From: Perkinsela sp. CCAP 1560/9
Lineage: Eukaryota > Protista > Euglenozoa: Kinetoplastea
Direction: 5' to 3'
Assembly (NCBI GenBank): GCA_965644495.1
Contig: CBFFSA010000011.1
Location: 248,001 to 312,000 of the forward strand
Length of the DNA: 64,000 bases
The notes below the pieces were generated by a model. It worked only from the letters and a program-made list of their open reading frames with translations, made no database searches and was not told where the DNA came from. Within the stretch, counting starts at the first letter, position 1, and each line of letters opens with the position of its first letter. Below, one piece after another: positions 13,927-24,708 of this stretch. The position numbers were made by a program, and so were the translations under genes.

Positions 13927-14695
13927 AAAATCTTTCAAAACGAATAACAGTGTAACAAATAAAACGAAACAACATTTCAGTTAAACACATGCGGTGGCAT
14001 ACAAAAGTAAAAAGATGGCAAATAGGCAAGTTAACAGAGAAGTAAAAAACTTAAGTCGAAAAAAATTATTATCAAATTATTTCTACTGAAGATATTGATA
14101 AAGACTGCAGCTCTAGATACATTGCAGGAAGATAAAGACAAATTATTGTCCGTACTTCCACCTCTTTAACCTTTGCGAAAGAGTGCATCGGGTGAGTTTC
14201 CTCTTTTTTTTCCGAAAAAAACCATACGCAGTGAAAAGGGACTTTCCCCCCCAAAAAAGCTTAAAATTTCATGGTAGTTTTCGCTTCATAACTTCGAGTA
14301 TTATCTACCGTAAGTGAGTGATTAAAGGATTGTATTTTTGCTACTTACACGATTCTTATCAACTTTCTTTGCATAGGCTGCAAAACGTATGACCGCATCA
14401 AGTTTCGTAGTTCGGAACCTTGGATGACACGGTAATAGAAGACTACCGTATGATGTGAATCAGGGACAGCTCGTAATCCACTGTTGAAGAAATTTGAAAT
14501 CCTTTTCCGGACTCAGAACCGGAATAAAGCTCATAAATTTTCTTGTTTGGTACATTCTACTAAAGAAAATAAGAGGTTCAAAGTTTTTTGGGCGAAAAAA
14601 GTCCCCTTTGACCTTTGTATGCTTGTGCTCGCATCTGATATTCCTTTTCTTTGATTTAGATCGTCTCTCCCGCCTTTTTGTTTGTATTCGTGACT

Positions 14696-15328
14696 ATGCA
14701 TTGCACGTTTTTCAACGCCGCCGATGAGTTATCGCTACCCAACAAAGTACGCGGGGCGATCCTACCGGGCGAATACAGCCTGGTGCAACTCTTGAGTAAA
14801 GCAAAATTCTCAGAACCGTCCTGGAGTGTGCACACTCCAGCACGTCAGTGGGAGGGCGTAAAATGCAATGATGAGGATGAAATCACACACCTAAATTGGC
14901 TGGCGGATTTCTTCGATCCCACTTCTCTATCTATTAAAGGGGAACTTCTTTGGCAGCACCTGCCCCGTACATTGGTGCATTTTTGCGCGATGTGTCAAGG
15001 GATATCGGGACCGGTAGACTTGTCGTCGTTGCCTCCTGCGTTAATCGAATTCAACATCGATATGAATAAGTGTGACGGATCGTTGGACTTAACTAATTTG
15101 CCCCATAGACTTGAGATACTCAGTTTAGCGTTCAATCTGTTTTCTGGGGAGATCGATCTGACACGTCTGCCCGCATCAATCGGTGAGTTAAAGTTGACTG
15201 GCAATGCCTTATGTGGGGATATAGATTTGACCAAACTTCCTGCGAGCTTGTCGGTGTTAGAACTCTTAGGAAATCGCATTAATCGTCCTAAACATGTCCC
15301 CAAATTTGTTAATATAGGAAGTCGTTGA
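14696..15328 (+). CDS. LRR family protein (paralogue B1)
   Basis: AADELSLPNKVRGAILPGEY motif, cap and LRRs. Near-identical to 24709-25341. Confidence 0.9.
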   Translation: MHCTFFNAADELSLPNKVRGAILPGEYSLVQLLSKAKFSEPSWSVHTPARQWEGVKCNDEDEITHLNWLADFFDPTSLSIKGELLWQHLPRTLVHFCAMCQGISGPVDLSSLPPALIEFNIDMNKCDGSLDLTNLPHRLEILSLAFNLFSGEIDLTRLPASIGELKLTGNALCGDIDLTKLPASLSVLELLGNRINRPKHVPKFVNIGSR

Positions 15329-15658
15329 CCCAAAGTACTAAAGTAATTCCTCATTTGAAGGCTGTCGAAGAGATGCTAGTCGTCGAAGGAAGCGTTTTCA
15401 ATAAAGTAAAAATTGATTAATATTGTTTTAAGGTCTGTTATTAGGCTTCTTCATGACTTTGTACAAATCACTGAGAATCACGTATTGACACGTAACACAT
15501 GGAAAACTGACGAGTGCGCTCTTACCTTCCGATTTAATTCTTACTTTCCACAACGAAGCATACGAATACAACTTTGGTGCCCCAGCCTTCATTTTTTCTC
15601 AACCTATTTCCTCTTTTTTTTCACTATATACGCTCGTTGTCTCTCCCATGCTATCCAC

Positions 15659-15807
15659 ATGGCACGCACCGTAAAGTACTTTTACCGCACCCGGGCCCGG
15701 GCCTTCTTTGGTCGTCTCCCCCTGGGGCGTATTGAGCGGGCGCTCGCGATGGAGTACTGCAAGGAGGGCCGCATGCAGCCATGGAGCTACTCGAAGGAAC
15801 AGGTCCT
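15659..15807 (+). pseudogene. 3'-truncated copy of putative bL19m
   Basis: First ~49 codons encode the same protein as 25876-26298, then run into a Tc1 fragment. Confidence 0.85.
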
Positions 15808-16430
15808 TCCGGTGCGAACGAAAAAAACTGGCCATGCCACTCTTCATAAGCCAGTAAAATCTGTTCGGAGTTAAGAGAAGCATCCTGTTCTCCCTCAAAG
15901 ATGAAGTAGAACAGACCGTAGTTATAAAAATACCCCATCCACACCATTATCCCCCTCCACCCAAAATGTTTTCTCCGCCGGTCCGATTGCCTCAGACGAG
16001 GTTTGCGACGACGTAAAAGTCGGCGTTTGACCCCGCACAGCAACTGAACAGTTCTTCGTCGGGAAAAACAATGTTCAGGTAGTCAGCGTCACTCCACGTA
16101 TGCATGTCCTTCACATACTTAAGACGGAGTTGAATGTGACGCGGTTTGAGACCAAGGTCTTTGGCCTTGCGAAGGCGCCCATAGCCCCTAAAATTATGAG
16201 CTCGCCGGACACTACTCAGGGAGCCTCCGTGATTGCTTCGCACCTCGCGATGCACGACAGAGAACGTAGGACAACCCTCCACGGTATCCTTCGACACTCT
16301 CCGGCACGCAGAAACACATACTTCAACGTACCTTTGTGTAAGGACCGTACGCGCCCCCTCGCGAGGTGGAGTACTGACATGCCCGTGCTCCTCATACTTA
16401 CGCACCCAATACTTTACAGTCCTGCGGCCA
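15808..16430 (-). mobile_element. Tc1/mariner transposase fragment at the duplication junction
   Basis: TVKYWVRKYEEHG..TPPREG HTH region; LKPRHIQLRLKYVK..HTW....NIVFPDE (first catalytic D); stops downstream. Confidence 0.8.
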
Positions 16431-17200
16431 AGGAATCTTGGACTGTGGAAACTCCAGCATGTGAATGGAAGTACGTAAAATGCAATTCTAAGAGAGAAGT
16501 CGCTCATCTATATTGGGGTTCGAGCATTTTTGAATCAGAGTGTCCCACGATCGAAGGCCAATTACTTTGGAAATTTATACCACACACGCTACTGTACCTT
16601 GGCACTTTCTGGCAATCCATAACAGGAACCGTGGAGCTATCATTACTCCCTCCACATATGGACTCTTCACCCCTCCCCGGCTCGCTCTCTTCGAGTGAGC
16701 TTTCTTCCCTCCCCGGTTCTCTCCTTCTCGTGCTTTCTTCTCCCGGGAGCTATGCGCCATGGTGGCGTCCCTTGAGGACCACTGGACGTGCTACAGCGGG
16801 AGGACACGTTGTATGCGTGTATAGGGGATGCGAACTTGCACCCCTCTCTCCCTACATGCTGTAGCGAGTGCGGCGGTAACGGACCTCCCCATGATGCATC
16901 ATGATCCACGATAGACCATCTGACAGCATGAACCCACGGCTTGACCGTGTTGCAGCATGAACCATGGCTATACGTGCTGTAGCATGACCGATGGGCGACT
17001 CGTCTCCTACCTCGCACTCCACTCTCTGTGTGACACCCGTCGTATGCGGGTCATGCGCCGATGGTATCGGCCGTCACACAGAGAGACGTATCTCTGCGCC
17101 ACGAGCGTATGATATCATGCATGTAAGGGGGGGTCACAGCAATCGTTTTGAAATATCTGAACACGTACCAGACGTTGTGAATATTGAGCATCAGGATGTA
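16431..17200 (+). pseudogene. Disrupted LRR paralogue A2
   Basis: 16431-16662 and 17141-17200 match gene 13288-13926. The 5' end is lost and about 3 repeats are replaced by ~480 bp of foreign DNA. Confidence 0.9.
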
Positions 17201-17513
17201 AAAAAAAAACTCTCAAAGCGAACTACTCCCCCTGTCATTGATAATGATAATCTTAAAAAGAATATCATTCTACACACCCTGGATTCAATTTGTAGTAATT
17301 TACTACAAATCAACTACTAATCAACTAGTACTATAACTACTACTACTACTATAACTATAGCTACTACTACAAATCAACTACTATCAATTGTACAAATTGA
17401 TACACATTACTACATTTTTATCTCAATACATTTACATTTTTTTAAGAAATTTTTTTTTTTTTTTGCTTCTACCTTAAAAAGAACGATTTTTAAGAGGGTT
17501 GAAACATCCCCAG

Positions 17514-17612
17514 CCGCACCCACCCGCACCCACCCGCACCCACCCGCACCCACCCGCACCCACCCGCACCCACCCGCACCCACCCGCACCCACCCGCACC
17601 CACCCGCACCCA
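17514..17612. repeat. 10-bp tandem repeat (CACCCGCACC)n
   Basis: About 10 perfect copies. Confidence 0.95.
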
Positions 17613-18239
17613 GTGCATCTTCAACGGCAAAGACTTAGCGAAATTTGGGAGATCCAAAAGGAACACGTTCGGGGTACTACTCCCCGAGAGGGATGACTTT
17701 TTTTCAGTCAATTTCAAAGTACGAGTGCTTCACCATACGCGTTTTTTTTGCAGAATGCAACCCAAAAGAAAGTGCCAGTTGTGCAGACTAAAAACCTTTC
17801 ACAAAATGAACTTTATGTCCTTATGTTGACATAAAAAATTTAAGAAAATAATTTGGCGTTGTCCTTTTTTTCCCGCGCAAGATCCTTCTTTCTCTGCTTT
17901 GCCGGCGGGGACTACGGCAGAGTCGACGGCGGTGTTCGCGGTGACCGCGAGGGTGGTGGAGGGGGCTGCGGTGGGGTCGACGGGTACGACGGCAACGGTG
18001 GTGATCGTGGAGACCGGGGGGGGAAGGACTGCTGCGAGGGTGGGGCGCTCGTCGGCGGGGAACTCGGATTTGGCACTGTTTTCTTTTTCGGCCGGGTGTG
18101 GGGGAGGGTCAAAATCTCAGGAGCTACTCCTGTTTCTTTCGCCTTGGAGCGTGTGACCACTCCCATGAAAAGTGAGAATAAGAAAAAAGAAGACAACAAG
18201 GTTTAGTTCTTGCAGGAGGATTTTTTTTGTCAAAATTAA

Positions 18240-18760
18240 TCTGAAGAAATACTGACAATATCAGGACCAGACGCTATACAAATGAAAATTGATTCCAGAA
18301 TATTAGCTGGCCATGTGGCCCGCATGGGGCCAGACAGAATGCCCAACAAGACACTTTTCGACCAAAGAAGAAACGGCAATAAATGTGCATACAAAAAAAT
18401 GTTGCACAAATCCTTATTAAGAGTTGGAATAAATGAAGCAGAATGGAAAAGGACAGCACAAGACAAAGCAAGTGGAACCAACGAATCACAGAGTACAAAG
18501 ATGAAAGCAAACTGAAAAAGAGGCCGAAGAAATTATTCAGAAACAATAAGGGCCAATCATAAAAATATACTGCATTCTACTGCGCGATTGAAAATATTTA
18601 ATTGTTGGATTCCTTCACGGGAAAACTTCTCCTCTCCAAGTGGAGCGCCAGTCACAGCTTGCTGTGGCTGACTTCGACCGATTTATCGGACCTCCCCACT
18701 TGGAGAGTCGAGGGGGCATAACTCTTCGGAGTCAAACGGCCCATCCCAACAACAACTACA
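18240..18760 (+). mobile_element. 3' fragment of an RTE-like LINE
   Basis: AGHVARMGPDRMP.K.LF...L..VGINEAEW...AQDK..(W) C-terminal motif; structured 3' UTR at 18632-18707; (CAA)n tail at 18747-18756. Confidence 0.7.
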
Positions 18761-18847
18761 ATTGAAGTTGATTACAGGGGTATTTGCCTAATACTAAAAT
18801 CTGTATTAACATTCCTTAGCGAGTAAGGAGTGTACGTACGATTTGCA

Positions 18848-18879
18848 GAGTACATGCGAGTACGTACTCGCATGTACTC
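18848..18879. repeat. Perfect 32-bp palindrome
   Basis: GAGTACATGCGAGTAC|GTACTCGCATGTACTC. Confidence 0.95.
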
Positions 18880-19185
18880 GCTAAAAATATATTTTGATGT
18901 CGATATTTTTTTATACGTATAATAATTACTTTTTTATAATTACATACTATGATTTTTTTATATACTGTGCCCTCCCCACTTACTTATTTGTCACCACTTT
19001 TTCGGAAAAAGGACAATTAAGTGGGGGGGTCAATTTATTTGGTTAGATGAAACAAAGGTCCCAAACTTTTTTCATTATTTTAGGAATCTCCAAAGCGTTC
19101 GGATAATGTTGGCTTTACAGAAACGGTATCTTTATCGTATGAGTAGTTTTTCTACCTTTCTCGTAGTGTACTACTACTCGTAGTG

Positions 19186-19221
<36 letters not shown>

Positions 19222-19439
19222 CAACTCCGTCCCAAAATTTTGAAACCATTCTATAGAGAGCACCGTGTCTTTGTTTTTTGTTCTGTAAAAAGCTAAGTTT
19301 ATGGGAATACCACAAGAGGACCGGAAAAATAGTTTAAATTGACGTACGTTAACGTTTGAAAAAATCGTTTTTGCTGAACTAAATTTGTTTGACATACGCT
19401 TTTTACAAAACTTGATTAACAAATACTTTTTTTTATACG

Positions 19440-20336
19440 ATGTCCATGTCACACATATCTCCCAGGGCGCATGGGAGCTCTGATAGCATGAGCTCAGGTT
19501 ACACGAGCTCGGAGTACACGAGTTCGGAGGCAACTTCGGAGAGCAATTCCAAAAATTCAACAGTTTGCCGATCAGGCTCTTCTGACGTTTCATCATTGTC
19601 TTCGCACTCACCGGAGTACGCAAGCTCTGATTCAGAGGATGATCCGAACTGGGATCCAGAAGATGAGTCAACAGACTCGGAAATAACGGACTCTGAGTTT
19701 GATTTTTTTGAAGAAGAGACTCTTTTCAAAATAAATCAAGAAATACAGGGGTCTGTCCAAGATGATAATCATCTTTATCCAGTTCCTCCGAATTTCGTGC
19801 AACCTAAAAAATGCTTTGACATCCGGCTTATCGAAGCAGCAGAAGGCCTATGCCAAATGTTTCGACCTCAGTCCTCCAATCCACGAACTTCCCACCCCCA
19901 TCCCTCTGATGATCCACCTATTGACCCGCAGCTCCCTGATGTTCCATCTATTGACCCTCAGCCCTCTGATGTTCCATCTATTGACCCTCGGCCCTCTGAT
20001 GTTCCACCTATTGACTCTCAATCCTCTGATGTTCCACCTATTGACTCTCAACCCTCTGATGTTCCACCTATTGACTCTCAACCCTCTGATGTTCCACCTA
20101 TTGACTCTCAACCCTCTGATGTTCCACCTATTGACTCTCAACCCTCTGATGTTCCACCTAATGACCCTCAGGCCCCTGATGTTCCACCTATTGACCCTCA
20201 GACCTCTGATCCACAACCTGATATTCGCAGCGCCCGTAGTAGTACTAGTAGTAGTAGTAGTAGTAGTAACTTTGAATTGCTTAATTTGGAAGTAATTAAA
20301 CGTAGTAATACGTATTGCCCAGTAACATTGATATAG
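19440..20336 (+). CDS. TE-borne acidic/Ser-rich ORF with DSQPSDVPPI repeats
   Basis: 298-aa ORF inside the nested element. Function unknown. Confidence 0.45.
   Translation: MSMSHISPRAHGSSDSMSSGYTSSEYTSSEATSESNSKNSTVCRSGSSDVSSLSSHSPEYASSDSEDDPNWDPEDESTDSEITDSEFDFFEEETLFKINQEIQGSVQDDNHLYPVPPNFVQPKKCFDIRLIEAAEGLCQMFRPQSSNPRTSHPHPSDDPPIDPQLPDVPSIDPQPSDVPSIDPRPSDVPPIDSQSSDVPPIDSQPSDVPPIDSQPSDVPPIDSQPSDVPPIDSQPSDVPPNDPQAPDVPPIDPQTSDPQPDIRSARSSTSSSSSSSNFELLNLEVIKRSNTYCPVTLI
19902..20213 (+). repeat. 30-bp minisatellite (CCCTCTGATGTTCCACCTATTGACTCTCAA) x ~10
   Basis: Contiguous tandem units with no spacers. Confidence 0.95.
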
Positions 20337-20389
20337 CATCGCCCAGTACCATTGTATACATGCCCTGGTTACTCCTGTTTTTTCAGAAA

Positions 20390-22510
20390 TCAGAAAACCC
20401 ATTGCTTGCTAATATTCCAACGAAATAGAACATCCTTGTCTGATACCTTAAACAAAACACGATACAAGTTGTTTACTACATGTATAGCACAAGTGTTTTC
20501 GCCGGGACTTGCCACTTTTCTTATCTCATAAGCTTCGGGGGGCACGTTGAGATGCTTGCTCATACGCTCTTTGAAGTTTATGATGTTGTCATGATATGAC
20601 TCAGATGCATATCCGACAAAACTATCGTACACGTACATCACGCACCTTGGATATAAACAAGAATGAAATGATATGCATAGTTTGGACTAGTAAACTAGTA
20701 ATTACTAAAAGTAGTAAACAGGCTAGTAATTACTAAAGTTACTACTTTTTTGGTCACGTACTTTTGGTCAGATTTAGGTAACATGTTAAGCTTTGGAAGA
20801 GCTCTACTTTACAGAAACGGTATCTTTATCGTTGTGGAGACTGAATATCACCATCCTCCATTCATCTGAATATCTCAATACTATTCTCAACATTAATATC
20901 TCAATATTAATGTGTACTACAAAACATACTCCAAAACGTACGCTCGGATAAATAAACTGATATCAATTTTTAAACTTAGTTCACATGGGGGAAAACAAAG
21001 CGATTGAATAGAGCCCACGGAAAAAATCCACATGAAAACAGAAGCAAAACTCGTAAGCACAATCGAGTACATAATTTAAATTTCTCCAGCTCCGAAAATG
21101 ACATGCTCGCCCAAGTTCAAAGTCCGTCCTGCATATCTCGCACAATGATGCAAAAAGAAAAAATGATGATAATTCAAAATCGAGGGTTCGCCCAAGTTCG
21201 AAATCCTTCGTACAGTTCACGCACAATAGAGTAATACACTTCTTGTAAGGCACTTTTCTCCCCGTGAATACGCTTCAACTTGGAGTCTAATTCTTTGCGA
21301 GCTACATGGTTAACAGGAGCCCCATCTACCATGAGGTAACGTAACTTCATCAGATTTTCATCCGATATGCAGGAGCGCAGTGTCGTAATCAAGGCTTCGG
21401 ACATTTCAATGCCATTGTAGCCTTTGTGCTTGGGGTGGTAAATCGGGGGCAGTACGAAATGCTTACGACCAACGTACAAAATCGCAATCAGGACATGCTC
21501 ATGTAATACGGCATCAACCCCGCCATCCACTGCCATGCCAAAAAACGTTGCTCGATCAAGCTGTTCATTGACCAAGGCCCACACCTTGTCGGCGACGCGG
21601 CGTTCGTAGCGGTGAAACACCTTCGCACTAGGTGTTGCGTCGATGACATCCTTTGAATATATTTTTGAAGGGCGGAGCGCTTCATATTCTGCAACGAACT
21701 TAAGGAAAGCATCCGTCGACAGACTATGTTTCGCGGCAAGACGTGGCCAATCAATTCGTACAAACTGCTGGACTTGGGCTTTCTGTGATTCCGCATCTAC
21801 TTGTGCGTCGGTGTCGCTGATTGCGCCTGTGCAAGTCTTTGAGAGCTTCAATCCTACTGTGTGTTATAAAAGAGCATTGCGTACATTTCACGTGTCTAGC
21901 GTGGCCCATGCTGTCGCATTTAATGGTGTTGACGGGGTTTTCGGCATTTTTTACGGCCCAGGCTTCACATCCTTTTCCAGCGCTGAAGTCACATCTCTCA
22001 TAAACCAAGATGTTTTGATTTCTGAGAGAACCGAACGATAGGGGGTCATTTCCAGTATTGCTTCTTCCTCTACGAGGGCGAGGAGAATCCTGGATCAACG
22101 CATTTTCCGCGTTAACCGCTATTTGTGTTGGAGTTGTTTCTAGTCGCTTCATTACGGCAGCCGCGTTTTCTCGATGGGCTTGCGCAGTGGCGTTCCTGCG
22201 TCTTCGAGTGTCCGGGGGAGAAGGGTACTCGATCGGACTTTTCATTTATGTGAAAAAGTGCTGGAGCCTAAAATAAGTTTAGAACGTCAAATAATGAGGA
22301 TGTCACGTACATTCTATTTTCTTCGCACTAAATTATTTAATACAATGTATATTTAAAATATACATTGTATGCAAAATTTACGTGTGGGAAAAAAGTAGTA
22401 ATTACTACTTTTTAAGTAGTAACTTTAGTAATTACTAATTTACTAGTCTAAGCTATGGATATGCGTAGTAGAGGCATGCAAAAATGCCGGCGTTGGTAAT
22501 ACCTTCTCAG
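20390..22510 (-). pseudogene. Ulp1/C48-like cysteine protease remnant, split by the hAT insertion
   Basis: Removing 20676-22457 and one TSD rejoins GIFACLYYAYHFILVYIQG/(frameshift)MYVYDS...ENTCAIHV, giving the H-D-C order of the C48 triad. Confidence 0.5.
20676..22457 (-). mobile_element. hAT-like element with truncated transposase, 6-bp TSD GATATG
   Basis: GATATG|CATAGTTTGGACTAGTAAACTAGTAATTACTAAA ... TTTAGTAATTACTAATTTACTAGTCTAAGCTATG|GATATG. ORFs 22245-21751 (BED-like KCTQC..H...H) and 21851-21174 (FGMAVDGGVD ... YLMVDGAPVN). Confidence 0.8.
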
Positions 22511-22683
22511 GATAATAGCAACGCCACGTTTTCTCAGCCTCGGAAATGGAGCTTGCTTGCCTGAAATGATGCCAGTCTGACCTCTTTCCCTTTCTCTTTT
22601 TTTTTGTTATATTCATCATTTCGAGGCTGAGAAAACGTGGCGTTGCTATTATCCTGAGAAGGTACTACCAACGCCGGCATTTT
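22481..22683. repeat. Fold-back inverted duplication (~62-bp arms)
   Basis: 22481-22542 is the near-perfect reverse complement of 22622-22683. Confidence 0.9.
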
Positions 22684-22821
22684 CACAGCCTTCGTAGGCA
22701 CATTGATACCGGGACCAAGCCCATGTTGCTAAGATTAACATGAAGGAGGCAAGCATTAAGTGCCCCTCTCCTCCTGACCAAAAAAGGGAAATTCTTACTT
22801 TTCCCAGTATTCCTGGGAAAA

Positions 22822-22935
22822 CAACTAACCCGAGGGATGACCCTCCCAGCACTCCTGAGGATGACCCCAACTAACCTGAGGGATAACCCCCCGAGTACTC
22901 CTGGGGAAGACCCCAACTAACCTGAGGGATGACCC
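22822..22935 (+). repeat. 45-bp tandem repeat x ~2.5
   Basis: CAACTAACC.GAGGGAT.ACCC.CC.AG.ACTCCTG.GGA.GACCC units. Confidence 0.8.
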
Positions 22936-23419
22936 TTCGCCTACCGCCTCACACTTCGTCGAGGAAACAACGACGCCGGGCTTGGGTACTCGCTGTACTC
23001 GGTTAAGGTATGTATTAACTCGAAAACATTTGCCCGGACAGAAATATGTGCTAAAAAACCAAAAATCCGCCGCAAGCGAATTTCTGCTTCTTTAGTAAAT
23101 TTGTTATGTCTTTTTCTCTGAAGTTTATGTTCTGTTTTCTTGAGTTTCATTTGAAAAAATGCACTGCCACTGTCATCCCACTGATGGTGTAGACGTCGAC
23201 AAACTAGTTCTCCGAAAGCTTTTGATACCTTCAACACGGGTAACCCGACTTACCCCTTTAGGTATGAATCTTAGGAAATACGTGATTTTGATATTAACCC
23301 GCCGACACTTTAATATTAAACTTTTTGGGATGGACACTTTAATATCAAAATTGCCAGCTTAATATCAAACTTTGATTTTGATATTGGAGTGACCCCCGGT
23401 TTATGTCAGATTGGACAAA

Positions 23420-23880
23420 GCATTCGCTGTCATGAATCCGACCCTCGAAACGTCCACACCAGGCCAAAGGTCAACCGTCCATCATGAGAAGAACTTGAAA
23501 AGTCCAATACTTCGCGGCCTTTTTCGCGTTATATAATACACTGGGCCCACGGCTGTACATGGGGACGCCGTCGAGTATGCTTAACACCATGTAAAAAGCT
23601 TTTTCTCCGATAGAAAATCTTCTCTGTGTCGGCCAGATTGCCAGCCTCATCAGAAAGCTTCAAGGCCGGCTGAATAATTTTTTTCCATATATGGGGTGGT
23701 GAATAATGGCCCCCCACAGAAGGAATGAGAGCAGCCGCTGCTTGTTCATGGGTCAGATTCATATGGAGCATTGCCAGAGCGCAGAACACGTCAAGCGTGG
23801 GGCTTAAAGATTTTGCAATGAGGACGATACCCTCGAGAAGGATTTCTTCGTCCAGTGTAACATCACACAGAGTGTTGTGA
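23420..23880 (-). mobile_element. Internally deleted relative of the PIF/Harbinger-like element at 36.5-38.9 kb
   Basis: TLCDVTLDEEILLEGIVLIAK (matches ORF1 TLCNVRIDGDILIHGLVILTK) is fused in frame to VFCALAMLHMNLTHEQA...SPPHIWKK (matches the transposase N-terminus). Confidence 0.75.
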
Positions 23881-24708
23881 ATACTGGGAATTGAAGAAGC
23901 GGTGAGCTGATGATGGCGGTTGTTTATTATTTATATTTTACGTTATTCACCCCATGACAAGTTTACAAGGTGCGCGAAGTCTATTTACTGAGATCTGCAA
24001 AATGCCAAAGGAATTAGCTGAAACGGAGCTACCCTACTGATTTTTGAGGGGTGCCTTATCGTGTCGAAGTATTTATACGTCACACCATACTACGGCAAAA
24101 GATGTAGTAATGCTCAGTTCAAATGTGGTAATTTACTACACCAATTACTCATGTAGTAAATTACTACAAATTGAATCCAGGGTGTGATTCTATGTGGTGA
24201 AGACTCTTAAAAAATTATATAGTCCTCGCGCATTTGGTCACAAGCTATAAAAGGGGTCTTTCGTGCTGCGAGAATTTTACACCGATACCCCAATGAAGCC
24301 TTCAGACGCTTGAAGCTCAATCCAAAGCTTCATACATAGATCGGTAGGGTTCAAGGCCCTTTCATCAGTAGGGTTCAAGATGCCTTTCTTTCCGGAGATT
24401 ACATTCCCACTAATAATGATAATAATAATAATAATAATCTCAAAAAAAATATCATTCTTGAGGATTATCATTATCATTATTAATGACAGGGGGAGTACAG
24501 TGTAACAAATAAAACGAAACAGCATTTCTGTGAAGCACATGCGATGACATACAAAAGTAAAAAGTTGCCAAATAGACAACAAGTTAGCAGAGAAGTAGAA
24601 ACATTATGTCAGAAAAAATTATCATAAAATTATTTCTACTGAAGATATTGATCTTCCTTTTCTTTCATTTAGATCGTCTCTCCCTCCTTTTCATTTGTAT
24701 TTGTGACC

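Larger units (their letters stand above)
17273..24186. mobile_element. Nested TIR element, 35-bp perfect TIR, 6-bp TSD ATTCTA
   Basis: ATTCTA|CACACCCTGGATTCAATTTGTAGTAATTTACTACA ... TGTAGTAAATTACTACAAATTGAATCCAGGGTGTG|ATTCTA. Confidence 0.9.
17226..24495. mobile_element. Non-autonomous TA-TSD element (CTCCC ends, mariner/Stowaway-like) swollen by nested insertions
   Basis: TA|CTCCCCCTGTCATTGATAATGATAAT ... ATTATCATTATTAATGACAGGGGGAG|TA. The empty site CGAATAACAGTGTAAC is visible at ~13941-13956. Confidence 0.9.

Noticed and set aside
16100-16864. 254-aa ORF as a novel fusion protein
   Set aside because: It is composed of antisense Tc1 sequence, an LRR fragment and a foreign insert, with no evidence of function.
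17514-17612. Telomeric repeat
   Set aside because: The unit CACCCGCACC is not TTAGGG-like and lies inside a transposon.
19902-20213. CRISPR-like array
   Set aside because: 30-bp units are contiguous with no unique spacers, there are no cas genes, and the context is eukaryotic.
22941-23237. Homeodomain-like KRHNKFTKEAEIRLRRIF
   Set aside because: No helix-3 WF.N.R motif follows; too weak to call.
17273-24186. Transib/RAG-like element with RSS-like CAC ends acting on LRR genes
   Set aside because: The TSD is 6 bp rather than 5, there is no heptamer/nonamer pattern or RAG1-like ORF, and no LRR gene segments are flanked by such signals.
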